A stretch of 64,000 nt of DNA from Macrostomum lignano (taxonomy: Eukaryota): positions 859,362 to 923,361 of the forward strand of contig NIVC01000035.1 in NCBI GenBank assembly GCA_002269645.1, read 5' to 3'. This document shows, piece by piece, positions 10,509-24,330 of the stretch. Below the pieces are notes generated by a model, which saw nothing but the letters and a program-made list of their open reading frames with translations, searched no databases and was not told where the DNA came from. The position numbers and the translations under genes were made by a program. Position 1 is the first letter of the stretch, and each line of letters begins with the position of its first letter.

Positions 10509-11945
10509 CTAATCCGGCAGTACAGGGGCATCGCAGTGCCGTGCCATGCCGTCCCTCACCTTGGCAACCAGGGTGTCCGACCCAGCGCAGTGCGGCACAA
10601 TCAGTGGGATCGCTAGATTGTGCAGCACCCCGGCCAGCTCGTTGGCGCCATGTGGGACCAGAGTCTTCAGGACCGCGATGAGCTTGGCTTCCCGGCGTTG
10701 ACGCCGTTCATTGGCCTTGGACCCAGAGCCGTCTCGCGTCCACACTCCAGTGAAGGCGAAGTCCTCGAGGCTGTGGCCATGGTTGCTGAAGTGGCGGGCC
10801 ACTGGAGTGTCGCGTGCGTGCCTGATGTCGCCGACGTGCGCTAGCATGCGGCCGCGGATGCTGTTGACCGTCTCGCCGACGTAGACCGTGCAGCCGCAGC
10901 GGCGGCAGAACACGGTGTAGACGGCGTTGATTGAGTTGCAGTCGATCCTCTGGTTGATGGTGATCGTGACGGTCGTGGACGCGGATCCCGGGCAGACAGA
11001 GGTGAACCTGGCGTGAAGGCAGCACTTGCACAGCCGGACCGGGTTGCAAGGCAGGAAGCCGAACTCCCACTGCCTTGTCGGGTAGAAGCCCAACTCCGCC
11101 AGCACCTTATACTTGACATCGCGTAGAAATCGCCTGTTGTAGCCCTGGTGCTGCGCCAGATTCGACATCAGCTCGGTACAGGCCGCGTTGAAGTCGACTA
11201 TCTGGGAGCACCTGCGGGCGTATCTGATGAGCTGGGACTTGACCACACCCTTGAAAGTCCGCCTTGGGTGAAATGAGTCGCGGTGGATAAGAGCTCGGCT
11301 GTCCGTGGGCTTGAAGAAGACTCTGGTCGCCAGACGCTTGGAGTCCCCCTCGCGGTCCCAGAAGACGGTGGTGTCCAGGAAGTTGACCTCGGTGCTGCTG
11401 TAGCTCAGCTGCAACCTGATGTTCGGGTCGAGGCCATCCAGGAGCTCTTGGAAGCGGACCAGCTCGTCTCTCGTTCCATGCCAGGCGCCAAAGATGTCGT
11501 CGATGTAGCAAAGCCACAGGGCAGGCTTCTGCGGGCTGAGCTCCAGGCCCCGCTGCTCCCAGTAGCCCATGTAGATGTTGCTGTAGCTGGGTGCAAACGA
11601 CTTCCCCATGGCCGTGCCTTTCACTTGCAGGAAAAGTTTCCCGTCGAACTCGAAGTCGTTGCGCTCCAGGTTCAGCTTGAGCAGACTGAGGAGGCTCGCG
11701 TCTGGGCGCCGGGCGTCCGGGTGCTCCCTGAAGGCCCTCCGCACGCACTCGAGTCCGTCCGCGGTCAGGATGTTGGTGTACAGGCTGGAGACGTCCATGG
11801 TGAACAGAAAGGTCTCACCCGGCGCCGGGCAGGTGATGTCTCTGATGGCCGCCTGGAAGTGGTCGGTATCCCTGATGACGATCGGCTGCAGGAAGCTGTC
11901 GATGAAGCGGCCGCTGGCATATGACTCGCTGTGCACGTCAGACAC
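10509..11945 (-). mobile_element. Penelope-like retroelement (RT + GIY-YIG endonuclease), 5'-truncated, Neptune-like
   Basis: RT motifs LFTMDVSSLYTNI, GTAMGKSFAP and YIDDIF. Cys linker PCNPVRLCKCC. GIY-YIG AVYTVFCRRC...YVGET...R...H...HF...E. Confidence 0.9.
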
Positions 11946-12899
11946 GATAGGCCGGCCTCGCTGGAAATGGCGTCTTTATACTCGTAAAGACAGGCTTTCA
12001 ATTGTTGAATCTCTGGCGTTCACAGCTGCAAACAAACTGCATTACGCAGGAGGCAGTTTCGCAAACTCTGCAGTCGCAACAACGCCATCGACCCGAATGA
12101 ATTATATTCGACAGTCTCCTACAATTCCTTCAGAGTCGGTTTATGAGCGTAAGCTCATGTCGTCTTGAAGTTGTCGCAGATTTTTTAATAACCTATTGAA
12201 AATCAAGGACTAATTATAAGTAAGTAAGTAAGTAATTAAGTAAGTAAGTGAGTGAGTAAGTAAGTGAAGAATAGATCGGGGATCTGGCATCTTGGATGTG
12301 TTTGGGTTGAGTTTTGGGTCGAGTTTGGGTCAACCCAAACTCAGCAGTATTGGCGACTGGCTCTCACCTGGGGTACGGGGTGGCAATACGGCTCGCAGTC
12401 CAGAGATGCAATCGATCTCACTGGTTGCCTATACAGCGGCCCTGCCTGAAGGGTAGTTTACGTCAGCCACGGACCCCTGAATAGTAGAAGGTCTGGACAG
12501 GAAACAGAAATTGGGGGTGTACGAGATGCGGCCCAAGATTTTCTACCCCCCAGGTTATTAATTTAGAAAATTTCCTAAAATAACTGAAGCTTAAAACCGC
12601 ACAGCGCTTTCTGGAAAATTGACATAGCTACTTTATGCTAGAGATGAGAAATTTCTTCTGAAGAGCAGGCAATTAAATATGTCTAAATTATTAGAACTTC
12701 GACTAAAATAAGATAAATTCTACATCTAAGTAGCATTTAATAGGGGCAAGAACAAGCTAGACAAATATTATTAAGAAGACACTAGAAACGCTGTTGAGAT
12801 GTCGAATACGATCGCTATGTAACAAATCCTCTAGCCACTTGGCAAATGTGGTACTATCTACTAAAAGAATACAAAATAATGTATTTGACAGCTCACCAG

Positions 12900-15761
12900 C
12901 TAATGCATTGCAGACGCTCCTGAAAGCTTAAGAATCTTTCGCTGGTTCGGACCGCTTTTAGACTGAGTAGCGCTTGACATGTCTTTTACGAAATTCTTGG
13001 CAAAGCAGTTAAAGCAGTTAAAAAGCCTACAAACTAGATGGTGCTGAATATTGTGACCGGCAGTGCACATGTTATTGCCGAAGAGTACGCTTGAAAACCG
13101 CTCATCGTCGGTGCACCGATCAAAAACTTTACAGAACAATTGTCGATGGCAAGATAACGTCAAAAACATGTTTTTAGTGGCTTCACTATTCCAAATTCCC
13201 AGAAATACTTTCCAACAGTGAACTGCGACCTGATAAGCAAAATCACTGGGCCTTACAAGGCCGCCTCTGTCGACGCTGTCCAGAAAAATTGAATGGCACA
13301 GGTTGGCTTCGTCAGTTCTTGAGCTCTCATCTGTGGCAATAAGCGAGTCAACACACTACTTGCACTTTGTTACCGCAACAGTAGAGCGAGCGACAGCACC
13401 AGTTACGTAGAAAATTATATTAAGATCATCAATCGATGGCTTTGTATCGAGTTGGATAGCCTCAGATACAGAGTCGGCGACATTTTCAAGTTCCGTTGTT
13501 TTTTCCGGTTGGCGTTCTTCCACTGAAAGTGCAGCTGCTTTTTCGATATCCAGCAGCGTTACATTTGAAAACTTCAGAAGCAAGACAGCGCGGATTTTTC
13601 TGTCATTCTCAAAAACTTGCTTCATTGACACGAAGTAATTTGCACCAGATAGCTGCCGCAGCCAGCCAAATCGAGATTCCAATGCATCTGATTGCAGTTG
13701 ACCTAGCAAAACATAATTGAATCCTAGATGATCAATCAAGAAACTAGCACAGACCGAAATAGCAAGACAAGCTTGCCTCAAAGCGAGGAACGTTTCCGCC
13801 GTTAATCCCAACCGGCCACTAGACTTCCAGCGTTGCAAAAAATTGGCAAAATCTCTAAGAAACACTAACTTCCAGTCCAAAGACGAGCGCACGGGGTCCA
13901 TACTTATGTCTCGCTTATGCTTACCTTTGACGGACGACTTTACGTTCAGCACATTCCAGAGCTTTAAAACAAGTGATATAAAAAGGGCCGCATCGTTCCA
14001 TTCAGGCTTTCCGCTGTGTCTAGAATAGCATATGAGCGCATCTCTCGTGGACTCCGAGAACACAGAAGTTGCCAGTTGTACAGAGACCCGTTCAATATTT
14101 TTTGGTTCCAGAACGGTGCGTGAAAGCTAGTGTGCCTTCTTAAGAGGCGCAGAGGACTCCATTTGAAACAGTTCCGCAATGTGGTTAAAATTAGCAAGGC
14201 AACCATTTGGCAAGTATGATAGAAATTCTGGACAGCGGGAAAGTTTTCGAGATTGAAAATTGTTGTAGACGTTTTTTAAGTCATGGACTGGGTCAAAAAT
14301 TAGAAAGATTGGCTGTCCAGACACAGGATCGGAAATACTAGTTGTTAACAAGCCATTGCAGAGATAAATATGGAAGAACTTACGATTAACTGTAGCATTG
14401 TCTACAGAAATCGCAACGATATTAAATCCAACGCTCCTCACTGTTCTCATGACTTCTTGGTAGCAGTGGTATTGCTTTTCGGCTGTTAGATTCGCCATAG
14501 GAAATATTGCTACGATGTCTTTGAACTTGCTCACCAGAGATTTTACCATAAAGCAAAGCAAAGTAGACACAACTGCACCATCAGCTGTAAGACCGTAGAC
14601 TTCCACGCTGCTATATTCTACACGTTTTGCTATGTATATTTCGTCAATAATCAGCAAACATGTTCTTTCGAAATTGTTTAGGTTAGAGATTCGAAGGTTT
14701 AAATAGGCCAGTCCATTATCCAGTCCAGACTCACCCTGTACGCGTTTAGTAATCTTCTGCAGAGTTTTTACGGATGGCAGGCATAGCACATCTTCTTCCA
14801 GTAGAACTCGGTAGGCTGCTGAACTCGACGCGTGGACAAGATAGGCGAAAATCGATAGCTCGGGCGAGTAATTCCGATGGTACTTTGTTGAAGAAGCCAA
14901 CTCGATTTGTTCAAGAATGAAGCTAAGCTTCCAATGTTTGTCACACCCCTCCACTAGAATTCCTATGTATCTTTTTAAGTTCGTGATAACGGAGTCCAAA
15001 AGTCGGTCTGACGCACACTTGTCATCACTACACCATGCTTTTAAGCGAGCCAAGAGATTCAATAATTGAGACAAAGTGCTTAGTCTATCTGGCAAGATGC
15101 CATGGTAAAGCCTAGGCGAAAGGACTTCCTTGCCACAACTTACCTGCACTTTAAAATCAGCGTAAACTGAGATTGAACCGGCCAAGTCTAGAACGCCACT
15201 GACATACGCTAAGAAATAGATCATTAAAATCAAGTCCATGATGACAACCTGAAATCCTTCAGGCTTTTTGCTCTCCTCAGCCAGTCGAACTTTCACCTCC
15301 GCCAGACTCAGAGAGCTGATGTTATCGTCATCTTCAAATGCCTCTTCCATGGCTTCTAAGCGTTGAACTTCTTTGTCTAGGCGACCGGAGACAGTTGCAA
15401 TCGAAGCGGAGTGTCGAACAGCGGCTGGCCTTGATGACAGATAAGACGGTGCGTTAGGAAAGATAGTTGGTACTGCGTCCTTCTTTAAGTACCTTTTCGT
15501 CAGCTTCTTCGTTTCAAAGTTCTTCGATCTGCGAAAATTGCTGTCGGAATGTTCCTCGATGAAGTCACTGGGCACGAAATGCAGGGAGCACATCCTCGAG
15601 TGCTTAGAAGGAACAAAATCTTTTCTTGGGTTGGCTTTCAACCATAAAGCTTTGAGAGCTTCATCTTTCGGAATAGAATGAAATGTCACCTTAGTATCGA
15701 CTTGTTGCGAATGATTTTTGTAGCCACTTGTGCAGCCAAATGCACAACACTTGTAACCCAT
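12900..15761 (-). pseudogene. THAP-domain P-superfamily (THAP9-like) transposase 1; one frame interrupted by two TAG codons
   Basis: THAP CCAFGC...W...CSLHF...AVPTIF; catalytic-region motifs IIDEI, SVDNA, FDPVHDLKN, QSDALESRFG and RGGL. ORFs 14127-15761, 13356-14063 and 12900-13169 are all in the same frame. No TIRs found. Confidence 0.88.
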
Positions 15762-15990
15762 GTTCTTTTAGTAATAGATTTTAGTATATAAGATTGGTGA
15801 AGTAAAAACTTGAATCAGTAAGGTAGATTGAGATTGCAGGGTTGCAGGTTTGCAGGAAGACTATATTCCTACCATTTTCTTACTGTATATAAGGACGGGA
15901 AGAATGAGAGAGTACATTTACGAACTAAAAGAAAGAAGAGTGGGATATGAACGGACATGCTAGGGTTGAGTCACACGAAGCCCAATCTGG

Positions 15991-18900
15991 GCTAGGGGCT
16001 GGAGCATGCTCCTGTGCTCCATAGCTAGCTATACCCGAAGCATGCTCCCAGTATAAACCAATAAAAATTGCGTACATAGGGGGTTGCAGCCACAGACCAA
16101 TATAACTAGACTGCGCATGAGGGTAAAAAAAGTTGTGCCTTTTTCCTAGTAGGAAAAGTGGCACCCCAGTGCCCACTCCCCCACGATCGATAATTGTGCC
16201 CGGGCCTTTCTTCTTACCCTCAGCCAACTCAGCTTGTCGGGGTCTCTTTTTTCTTTATGTTCGTAACTAGTGAAAATTCAGACTCAGTAAGAAATAGGAT
16301 TAACAAATCAACAACTACAGATTCATTTTTTATTTATCTAGAATTTTTTGCACGCATTTAATGGCAAATATATAGTTCATCACGGGAATAAGCTTAAACA
16401 GAATGCATTGAAGCCATAACTTACCAGCCTCCATATGCGAATACGCTGATTACAAATTAAGAAAAATCGCTGTTCGAAGCAGCCTTTGCCTCTTGCCGGG
16501 TTTTCTTCCAGCGCGTGAAAGATCCTTAGCCAGCTTCTTCATTCGAATATTTATAAAAAGCATAGCCATTACTCGAATCAAATGCAGCTTGTGAGACTCA
16601 ATGCTGATACTCGCGGATGCCGAATGAGAGTCCAGTTCAGGGAACAGATCGATTGACATGCGCAGAATCTCCTGAACAGCTACATCACTAGAGAATCCGC
16701 TGCTGTAGCTGGCACGCCGAACAACAGTCTCTGCATTGAGCAGCACCCGCAGGACATTGCTGCTAGGAAAAATCAGGCCGCCAGTTCCTTCCTTGTTCAA
16801 AACATTTTTTATGGCAACGAGTGAGCATGGTCCGCGTGAAGCTCCTGGCGTCTCAGAGCTTGCGATCAGAGCTGAACTGCACGGAGCACATTCAACTGCT
16901 TTCATCATTCTTCGGACGACCGCGCCTGCGATATAGCACACGATGGACTGGCAAATTTCACACACCGATGCATTCTTGCAGTGTTGGATTAAACCCAGAC
17001 TCAGTCCCATTTCATTTTGAGCTTTCATCTGCTTCCATGGCTGCTGTCCTGATGATGATGGCAGACAAGACAATGATAACTGAATAGTGGCATCCTGCTG
17101 CCTCACATTCGGACTCACGGACTGTAGAATTCCACCTCCGGCATGCACCAACAGCTGCCTGAATGCTGAGCGAAATTGCGTGGGCGTTGGGTTATGGTTC
17201 CAGCCATTTCGTAGCCTTACTGCATTAAAAAACAGTTCGAGAAAATCCTGCGAAAGCTTGTAAGTGCAAAGAAAGAAGAATTCGCCAGTCGAAAATAAAT
17301 ACTTAGCGAGCTCCATAATGCCATGGCAGTTGGTGATGAAGCCTAGGAAGCCAGTCTTCTTTGCGGTTTTACTATCTTACAGCCAGCCGGAGTTTCAAGG
17401 CTACGGAGAAGTTCGATCGAGCTAGAGAAGAAATCGATCCAATCCGACTGATTGTCAGCTCTAAGCGCCATTTTGGCGCCATAACTGACCAGCCGCTTGG
17501 AATTGAAAGCGTCGAACAAATCATTCATGTGCTCAACGAAATCTGCGGTGACTAGCACATCAGAGTGCTCAAATCCGATCACACCTTGCTGATGCACCCA
17601 TCGCAAAGAGTCGGCCACTGACTTGCTAAACAGTTGTGATGCCAAATAGACCTTCATCTTTAAATTAGCAAAGTTGATGTGATGCCTGCTTAACTTGTTT
17701 CCAAGTCGGAGTCCATGACTTTCTTGTACTTGCTGCAACATGGAAACATATTTCCATTCAATATTTCCTCTGTTCGGCCAAACAAATCTTCCCAGTGACT
17801 GCCACTGATTGCGAATCAGCTTTAACATGTGAGGCACATCCAGGAAGGCTGCAACCTGAATGCTAGGATCGCAGGGGTGCGGGAAGCAGGCGACGACCTC
17901 GTTCGGAGAACTTATCCTGGAGCCAAGGAGTTCGATCGCTCGAATGTTGTGCTGAGTTCCATCGCATGTGAATGATGTTGCTATGACGCCAACCTGGTAC
18001 AGTCGCTGAATGGATTCCTCTACAACGCTCGAAAGAAATTCGCCGTCAACTCCATTCACTAGAAAATACCCTAAAGGCAGCTTCCAATAGCTCTTAAGCC
18101 CCACTGCCATCACTACCAGTGCCGAAGACGCCTCCTGATCACTTGGTTTGCCATCACCTTTGTCAACGTAGCCAAAAAACATACCTTCGCTTGAATTCCA
18201 TTCAATCATCGACTCTAGCGACATTTCATCAGCAACAACGTTGCAGTAGTCAAAGGCTTGGCCGTCAGTGGAGCTGCGTCGCCGCGAAAGTTCCTGGAAA
18301 GCCTGATCGCAAAACCCTGGAAAGCACTTTGCATTTGAGAGCCATCTTCTAAGTGACGCAGGATGTGGAAGCTGAAAGTACTTTCGTACATACTCATAAG
18401 CCTTCGGACTATAGAAATGCAATGTAGAGGCGAATTTGCGCACTTCGTCAGAGAACCTCTTTGTCCTTTTTCTATTGCAAGGCACGATGCTGCTCAGCAG
18501 TGAATCGGAGGTCAAGAAATTCAATCGAGATGCCGCTGCTTCGTTTAACATGCACTTGGCCTTTAGATCCAGAATTGCGTCCTTCAATGTTTTGGCTCTA
18601 TGTTTAATTTGCCTGTGCTTTGAGCGCAGAGATCGAATTTTTCTGTACTTGCTCTGTACCGTCCGACGCAGGATTTCAATGGCCTTAGCACTTTTCTTAG
18701 ATCTCTTATGAGCAGCCAAAAGCCTTTTGTATCTGCGCCTCAGGTTTTTTAGGACTCTCACCTTTTCTTCGAATAGTTCTCTGGCCACACAGTTGGCATG
18801 CAGTTCTTGTAGGGGTTGTTCTGGTTCATCTGCCTCCGTGTCAGTTGGCTGAGCCTTCGTCTTGCTACATTCCGGCGCTTTCAAAAATGCAGCAAAGTCA

Positions 18901-19884
18901 ACTTCCTGAACAGCGGCGGCGGCGGCGGTGGCTGTTTTTCGCTTCTTTTCAACAGGCTGCAGGCGGTCAGGGAGCGTCGGGAAGATAGAAGGAACAGCAT
19001 TTGGATACAGCCGCCTTCTTGTGGTGGGCAGAAAGCCGGCTAGTTGTTCCTTGAAGCAAGACTCTGCAAAGTGGACCGAGCAGACTTGGGTGGTCGCCGA
19101 TGGTTTGAACTCCTTGCGTCGGAGCGCAACCAGCCACTTTCTCTTCATTTCAGTGTCTTTTGGAAAAAAATGGAAGGACACTGCCGGAGACATTGACGAG
19201 TTGTTCGAGCAGCCTAGAGCGCAGCAAAAGCTGCCGTGACTTTTTCTGCTAGGCAGTTTTGAAGAATTAGATTCTTTCATGGCAGTTCGATTTGGTGAGG
19301 ATTGATTTAGATTAGACTGAAGCAGCTTGCTTTGTATTTCAAGTATGTGTTTTATAAGTTTATATTTTTGGCCCCAGACCACTTTAATATATAGCTACAT
19401 ATCAACGCATGCGGAAAGAAAAGCAGGCCTGTACCCTAACTTCTTGCCCAAGCACAATTATCGATCGTTTTCGAGTAGGGAGAGAGGGACCATTTTTTCC
19501 ACTGTCATTTGGTCAAAAACAAGCCCAAGCAAGAAATGCGGGATGCGCAGTCTAGTTATATTTCTTGGTCTGTGGTTGCAGCAAATTTATTGCAAAAATA
19601 TAGCACAAAGAAAAACTTGTGTTATGTTGTAATGAGTACTGGTGTGTTGGCACTACCGTTGTATTTCTAATTAAATAAAGGTCTAAGTACATAAGGATAG
19701 GCCTAGGTTGGCCTAATGTTTTTATTAATGTAAAGTCTAAATAAGACAAGCAACAAATTTAAAAGGACGCACTTTTATTGGTCTTTTCTTCCGTGTTACT
19801 CCATTGGCTGTCATCAGGGAGCATGCTCCACAATTAACTAGCTACACTTTACTGGGAGCACGGGAGCATGCTCCAACCCCTAGC
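15991..19884 (-). mobile_element. P-superfamily DNA transposon 2 with patchy long inverted termini
   Basis: 30-bp inverted repeat (15991-16020 vs 19855-19884, 2 mismatches) plus nested inverted blocks 16086-16119/19545-19583 and 16185-16201/19453-19469. Encloses a THAP transposase. TSD ambiguous (TA/CTAG context). Confidence 0.75.
16450..19280 (-). pseudogene. THAP9-like transposase 2 with a single frameshift near 17370
   Basis: THAP CCALGC...CSVHF...NAVPSIF; motifs VADEM, FTCDG, LDVPHMLKLIRN, SQDFLELFFNAVR and GGL. The frameshift lies in an A-run (KTAKKTGFLGF is restored by a 1-nt shift). Confidence 0.88.
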
Positions 19885-20571
19885 GGACTACCCAAGTTAG
19901 AGCGTGCTCCAAGCTAGCTAGCTATCTGAATCTAGGTGCCCTAGCCAGGGAATACTCTACATATGGAAGTGACACTCCCCAATGGGGGCGGACCAACCCG
20001 GGCCAACTCGTCCCCAAAACCCACCCAGATGAGAGTGGAAAGGTGAGGGAATGGGGGGAGAGAGAAGAATAAAGAGGAGATGAGACATCGATGAGAGGAG
20101 AAAAAAGGAGAGAAATGAGAGAGACAGAAGAGAATATCGATGAAAGGAGAAAAGAAAGGAGAGAAATAAGAGAGAGAAAAGAGAGAAGATCGATGAGAGG
20201 AGAAAAGAAAGGAGAGAAGACAGAAGATAAGAAAAGCGAGGAGATGAAAGAATAGAGGTGATAAGAAAGGTGAGGAGAGGAGAGAGGAGAGGAGAGAACT
20301 TAGAAGGGACAGCAACTTTGTGCGGGCCGAGCCGAATTGCCATTGAAGTTTGCCATTGCCATCAATTGCCATTGATAGAGAGACTTCGTGGACGGAGTTT
20401 GCCGGCCTCTGATCTAAATTTTCAGTTGGGACTAGCAATCTTCGCCCCCCGATGGGGGACATCTGGATAGAATCTCTGTTTTCTAAAGTAACAAAAAGAC
20501 AGCCAAAAATCCTTCAAAAAGACAACAGACAAACTGCTCAAATGAAGTGCATTGCAAAAAGAAATCATCCC

Positions 20572-21210
20572 AAGACTGCAAGCATCCCCCAGATAGCAAG
20601 CATCCCCTAGATAGCAAGCATCCCCAAGATGGCAAGCATCCCCCAGATAGCAAGCATCCCCCAGATTGCAAGCATCCCCCAGATAGCAAGCATCCCCAAG
20701 ATAGCAAGCATCCCTCAGATAGCAAGCATCCCCCAGATAGCAAGCATCCCCCAGATAGCAAGCATCCCCCAGATAGCAAGCATCCCCCAGATAGCAAGCA
20801 TCCCCCAGATAGCAAGCATCCCCCAGAAAGCAAGCATCCCTCAGATAGCAAGCATCCCCCAGATAGCAAGCATCCCCCAGATAGCAAGCATCCCCCAGAT
20901 AGCAAGCATCCCCCAGATAGCAAGCATCCCCCAGATAGCAAGCATCCCCCAGATAGCAAGCATCCCCCAGATAGCAAGCATCCCCCAGATAGCAAGCATC
21001 CCCCAGAAAGCAAGCATCCCTCAGATAGCAAGCATCCCCCAGATAGCAAGCATCCCCCAGATAGCAAGCATCCCCCAGATAGCAAGCATCCCCCAGATAG
21101 CAAGCATCCCCCAGATAGCAAGCATCCCCCAGATAGCAAGCATCCCCCAGATAGCAAGCATCCCCCAGATAGCAAGCATCCCCAAGATAGATAGCATCCC
21201 CAAATAGCAA
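20572..21210. repeat. 18-bp minisatellite (ccccagatagcaagcatc), ~35 copies
   Basis: Direct inspection; gives GDACYL / DSKHPP ORF repeats. Confidence 0.95.
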
Positions 21211-21349
21211 GCATCCACCAGACAATAAGTAGCTAGTGCGACAATTTCCTTAGCATTATAGCGGCTCCTTTAAAATTCGCTTACTTTTACGTTTGAAATT
21301 GTGTGTCTTTTTATGTTTAACAGGGTGGCTCTTTTATGTTCTACGCTCG

Positions 21350-23370
21350 TACATGGTAACTCTTTTATGTTTGATACGGTGGCTTTTCAATGTCTGACAT
21401 AGTGGCTCTTCTATGTTTGACATGGGGGCTCTTCTATGTTTGACATGGGGGCTCTTCTATGTTTGACATGGGGGCTCTTCTATGTTTGACATGGGGGCTC
21501 TTCTATGTTTGACATGGGGGCTCTTCTATGTTTGACAAAGTGGCTTTTTAATGTTCAAAAAGGTGGCTCTTTTATGTTTGACATGGTGGCTCTTTAATGT
21601 TTGACATGGTGGCTCTTTAATGTTTGACATGGTGGCTCTTTAATGTTAGACAAAGTAGCTCTTTAATGTTTGACATGGTGGCTCTTTAATGTTAGACAAA
21701 GTAGCTCTTTAATGTTTGACATGATGGCTCTTTAATGATAGACATGGTGGCTCTTTAATTTTTGACATGGTGGCTCTTTAATGTTGGACATGGTGGCTCT
21801 TTAATGTTAGACATGGTGGCTCTTTAATGTTCGACATAAAGTCACTTATATGTTTGACATGATGGCTCTTTTATGTTTAACATGGTGGCTCTTTAATGTT
21901 TGACATGGTAGCTCTTTTATGTTCGACATGGTGGCTCTTTAATGTTCGACATGGTGGCTCTTTTATGTTCGACATGGTGTCGCTTCAATGTTTGACATGG
22001 AGTTACGTATATGTTTTACATGGTGGCTCTTTTATGTTCGACGTGGTGGCTCTTTAATGTTTGACATGGGGTCTCTTCAATGTTTGACATGGAGTTACGT
22101 ATATGTTTGACGTGGTGGCTCTTTAATGTTTTACATGGTGGCACTTTCATGTTTGACCTGGTGGCTCTTAAATGTTTGAAATGGTGGCTCTGTAATGTTT
22201 GACATGGTGTCTCTTTAACGTTTGACATAGAGTCATGTATATGTTTGACATGGTGGCTCTTAAATGTTTGACATGGTGGCTCTTTAATATTTGACATGGT
22301 GGCCCTTTTATGTTCGACATGGTGGCTCTTTAATGTTTGACATGGAGTCATATATATGTTTGACCTGGTGGCTCTTGTATTTTTAACACGTTGGCTCTTT
22401 AATGTTCGACATGGTGGCTCTTAAATGTCTAACATGGAGTCACGTATATGTTTGACATGGAGTCATGTATATGTCTGGTATGGTAGCTCTTTAATGTTTT
22501 ACATGGAGTCACCTATATGTTTCACATGGTGGCTATTTTATGTTTGACATGGTGCTTCTTAAATGTTCGACATGGTGGCTCTTTAATGTTTTACATGGTG
22601 GCACTTTCATGTTTGACCTGGTGGCTCTTTAATGTTTGACCTGGTGGCTCTTTAATATTTGACATGGTGGCTCTTTAATGTTCGACATGGTGGCTCTTTA
22701 ATGTTCTTAATGGTGTCTGTTTTATGTTTGACCTGGCGGCTCTTTAATGTTTGACATGGTAACTCTTTTAGGTTTGACCTGGTGGCTCTTTAATGTTTGA
22801 CATGGTGGCCCTTTTATGTTCGACATGGTGGCTCTTTAATGTTTGACATGGAGTCATGTATATGTTTGACCTGGTGGCACTTTCATGTTTGACCTGGTGG
22901 CTCTTTAATGTTTGACATGGTGGCTTTTTAATATTTGACATGGTGGCACTTTCATGTTTGACCTGGTGGGTCTTTAATGTTTGACATTGTGGCTCTTTAA
23001 TGTTTTACATGGTGGCTCTTTAATGTTTGACATGGTGGCTCTTTAATGTTTGATAAGGTGGCTCTTTAATGTTTGACATGGTGGCTTTTTAATGTTTGCC
23101 ATTGTGGCTCTTTAATGTTCGACATGGTGGCTCTTTAATGTTTGACATGGTGGCTTTTTAATGTTCGACATGGTGGCTCTTTTAGGTTTGAAATGGTGGC
23201 TCTTTAATGTTTGACATTGTGGCTCTTTAATGTTCGACATGGTGGCTCTTTAATGTTTGACATGGTAACTCTTGTATGTTTGATATGGTGGCTCTTTTAT
23301 GTTCGACATGGTGGCTCTTTAATGTTTGAAATGGTGGCTCTTTAATGTTTTGACATGGTGGCTCTTTAAT
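21350..23370. repeat. 23-bp minisatellite (atgtttgacatggtggctcttta), ~85 diverged copies
   Basis: ttgacat has a 23-bp period (21601, 21624). Confidence 0.95.
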
Positions 23371-23759
23371 GTTGAGAATTTTGTGTTTTTTAACGTGTTT
23401 TAATAACATTTTTCACCACTAAGATTCGAACCAAGGTCGCTACATTAGCATTCCAGTCTGTTTGCATCCGGCTATCTCTTTTCAATTGGAGAACATGACT
23501 TGTGGCCCTTATAATTCAATACTTATAGCAAGTCGGTTAGAGTAAAAAGTTATGACATAATCAATTTCTCAGTCAGCCAGTATCAGTCTCAATTCAAGTT
23601 AGCAATATGGTTACGCAATTTCAATGAAGTCTTGTGTGCGTTTCTGTGGCACTGTTTTCACCTTGTTGTGATGCAATCTTTATCACAATCGTAATTCAGC
23701 CAGTCAGTTTTTTCTCTAGCATTCTTACAATGCATTTCAAGTCAAAAATTTGGCTTGAC

Positions 23760-23951
23760 CTTTGCAAAAAAGCATGTTTTTCGAATATTTAATCCCTTTA
23801 ACATTGAGCAATTTCTTAGCCAAGATACATGTACCGTCCCAGGAACATTTCTGATCGAATGGTGCAAGTTTGAAGAAAATCGGTTGAGCCATTTTTTCTG
23901 AAATCTATCGCATAGCTAGTTAGTTACAGACATTTCATTTTTAGTATATAG
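23760..23951 (-). mobile_element. Possible 5' end of a non-autonomous Helitron-like element
   Basis: The minus strand reads tcctatatactaaaaatgaaatgtctg...ctcaaccgattttcttcaaacttg, resembling 5' ends of invertebrate non-autonomous Helitrons. This is recalled similarity only. Confidence 0.3.
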
Positions 23952-24099
23952 GACTAGCAATCTTCGCCCCCCGATGGGGGACATCTAGATAGAATCTCTG
24001 TTCTCTACAAGAATCAATAAGATGGCCAAACAAAGCCTTCACATAGTCAATAGAAAAACTGCTCAGATGAAGTGCAATGCAAAAAGAAAACATCCTAAG

Positions 24100-24330
24100 A
24101 CAGCAAGCATCCCCCCAGATAGCAAGCACCTCTAGATAGCAAGCACCACCAGATAGCAAGCACCCCCAGATAGCAAGCACCCCCAGATAGCAAGCACCCC
24201 CAGATAGCAAGCACCCCCAGATAGCGAGCACCCCAGATAGCAAGCACCCCCAGATAGCAAGCACCCCAGATAGCAAGCAACCAATTGATAGCAAGTATTG
24301 ATCCTATACTAAATAGCAAGCATCCACTGG
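24100..24330. repeat. 17-bp variant of the 18-bp minisatellite (gcaagcacccccagata)
   Basis: 17-bp period at 24181/24198; part of a module duplicated from 20425. Confidence 0.85.

Noticed and set aside
23415-23480. tRNA gene on the minus strand (ggttcgaatc B-box)
   Set aside because: No acceptable cloverleaf; at most a decayed tRNA-derived head.
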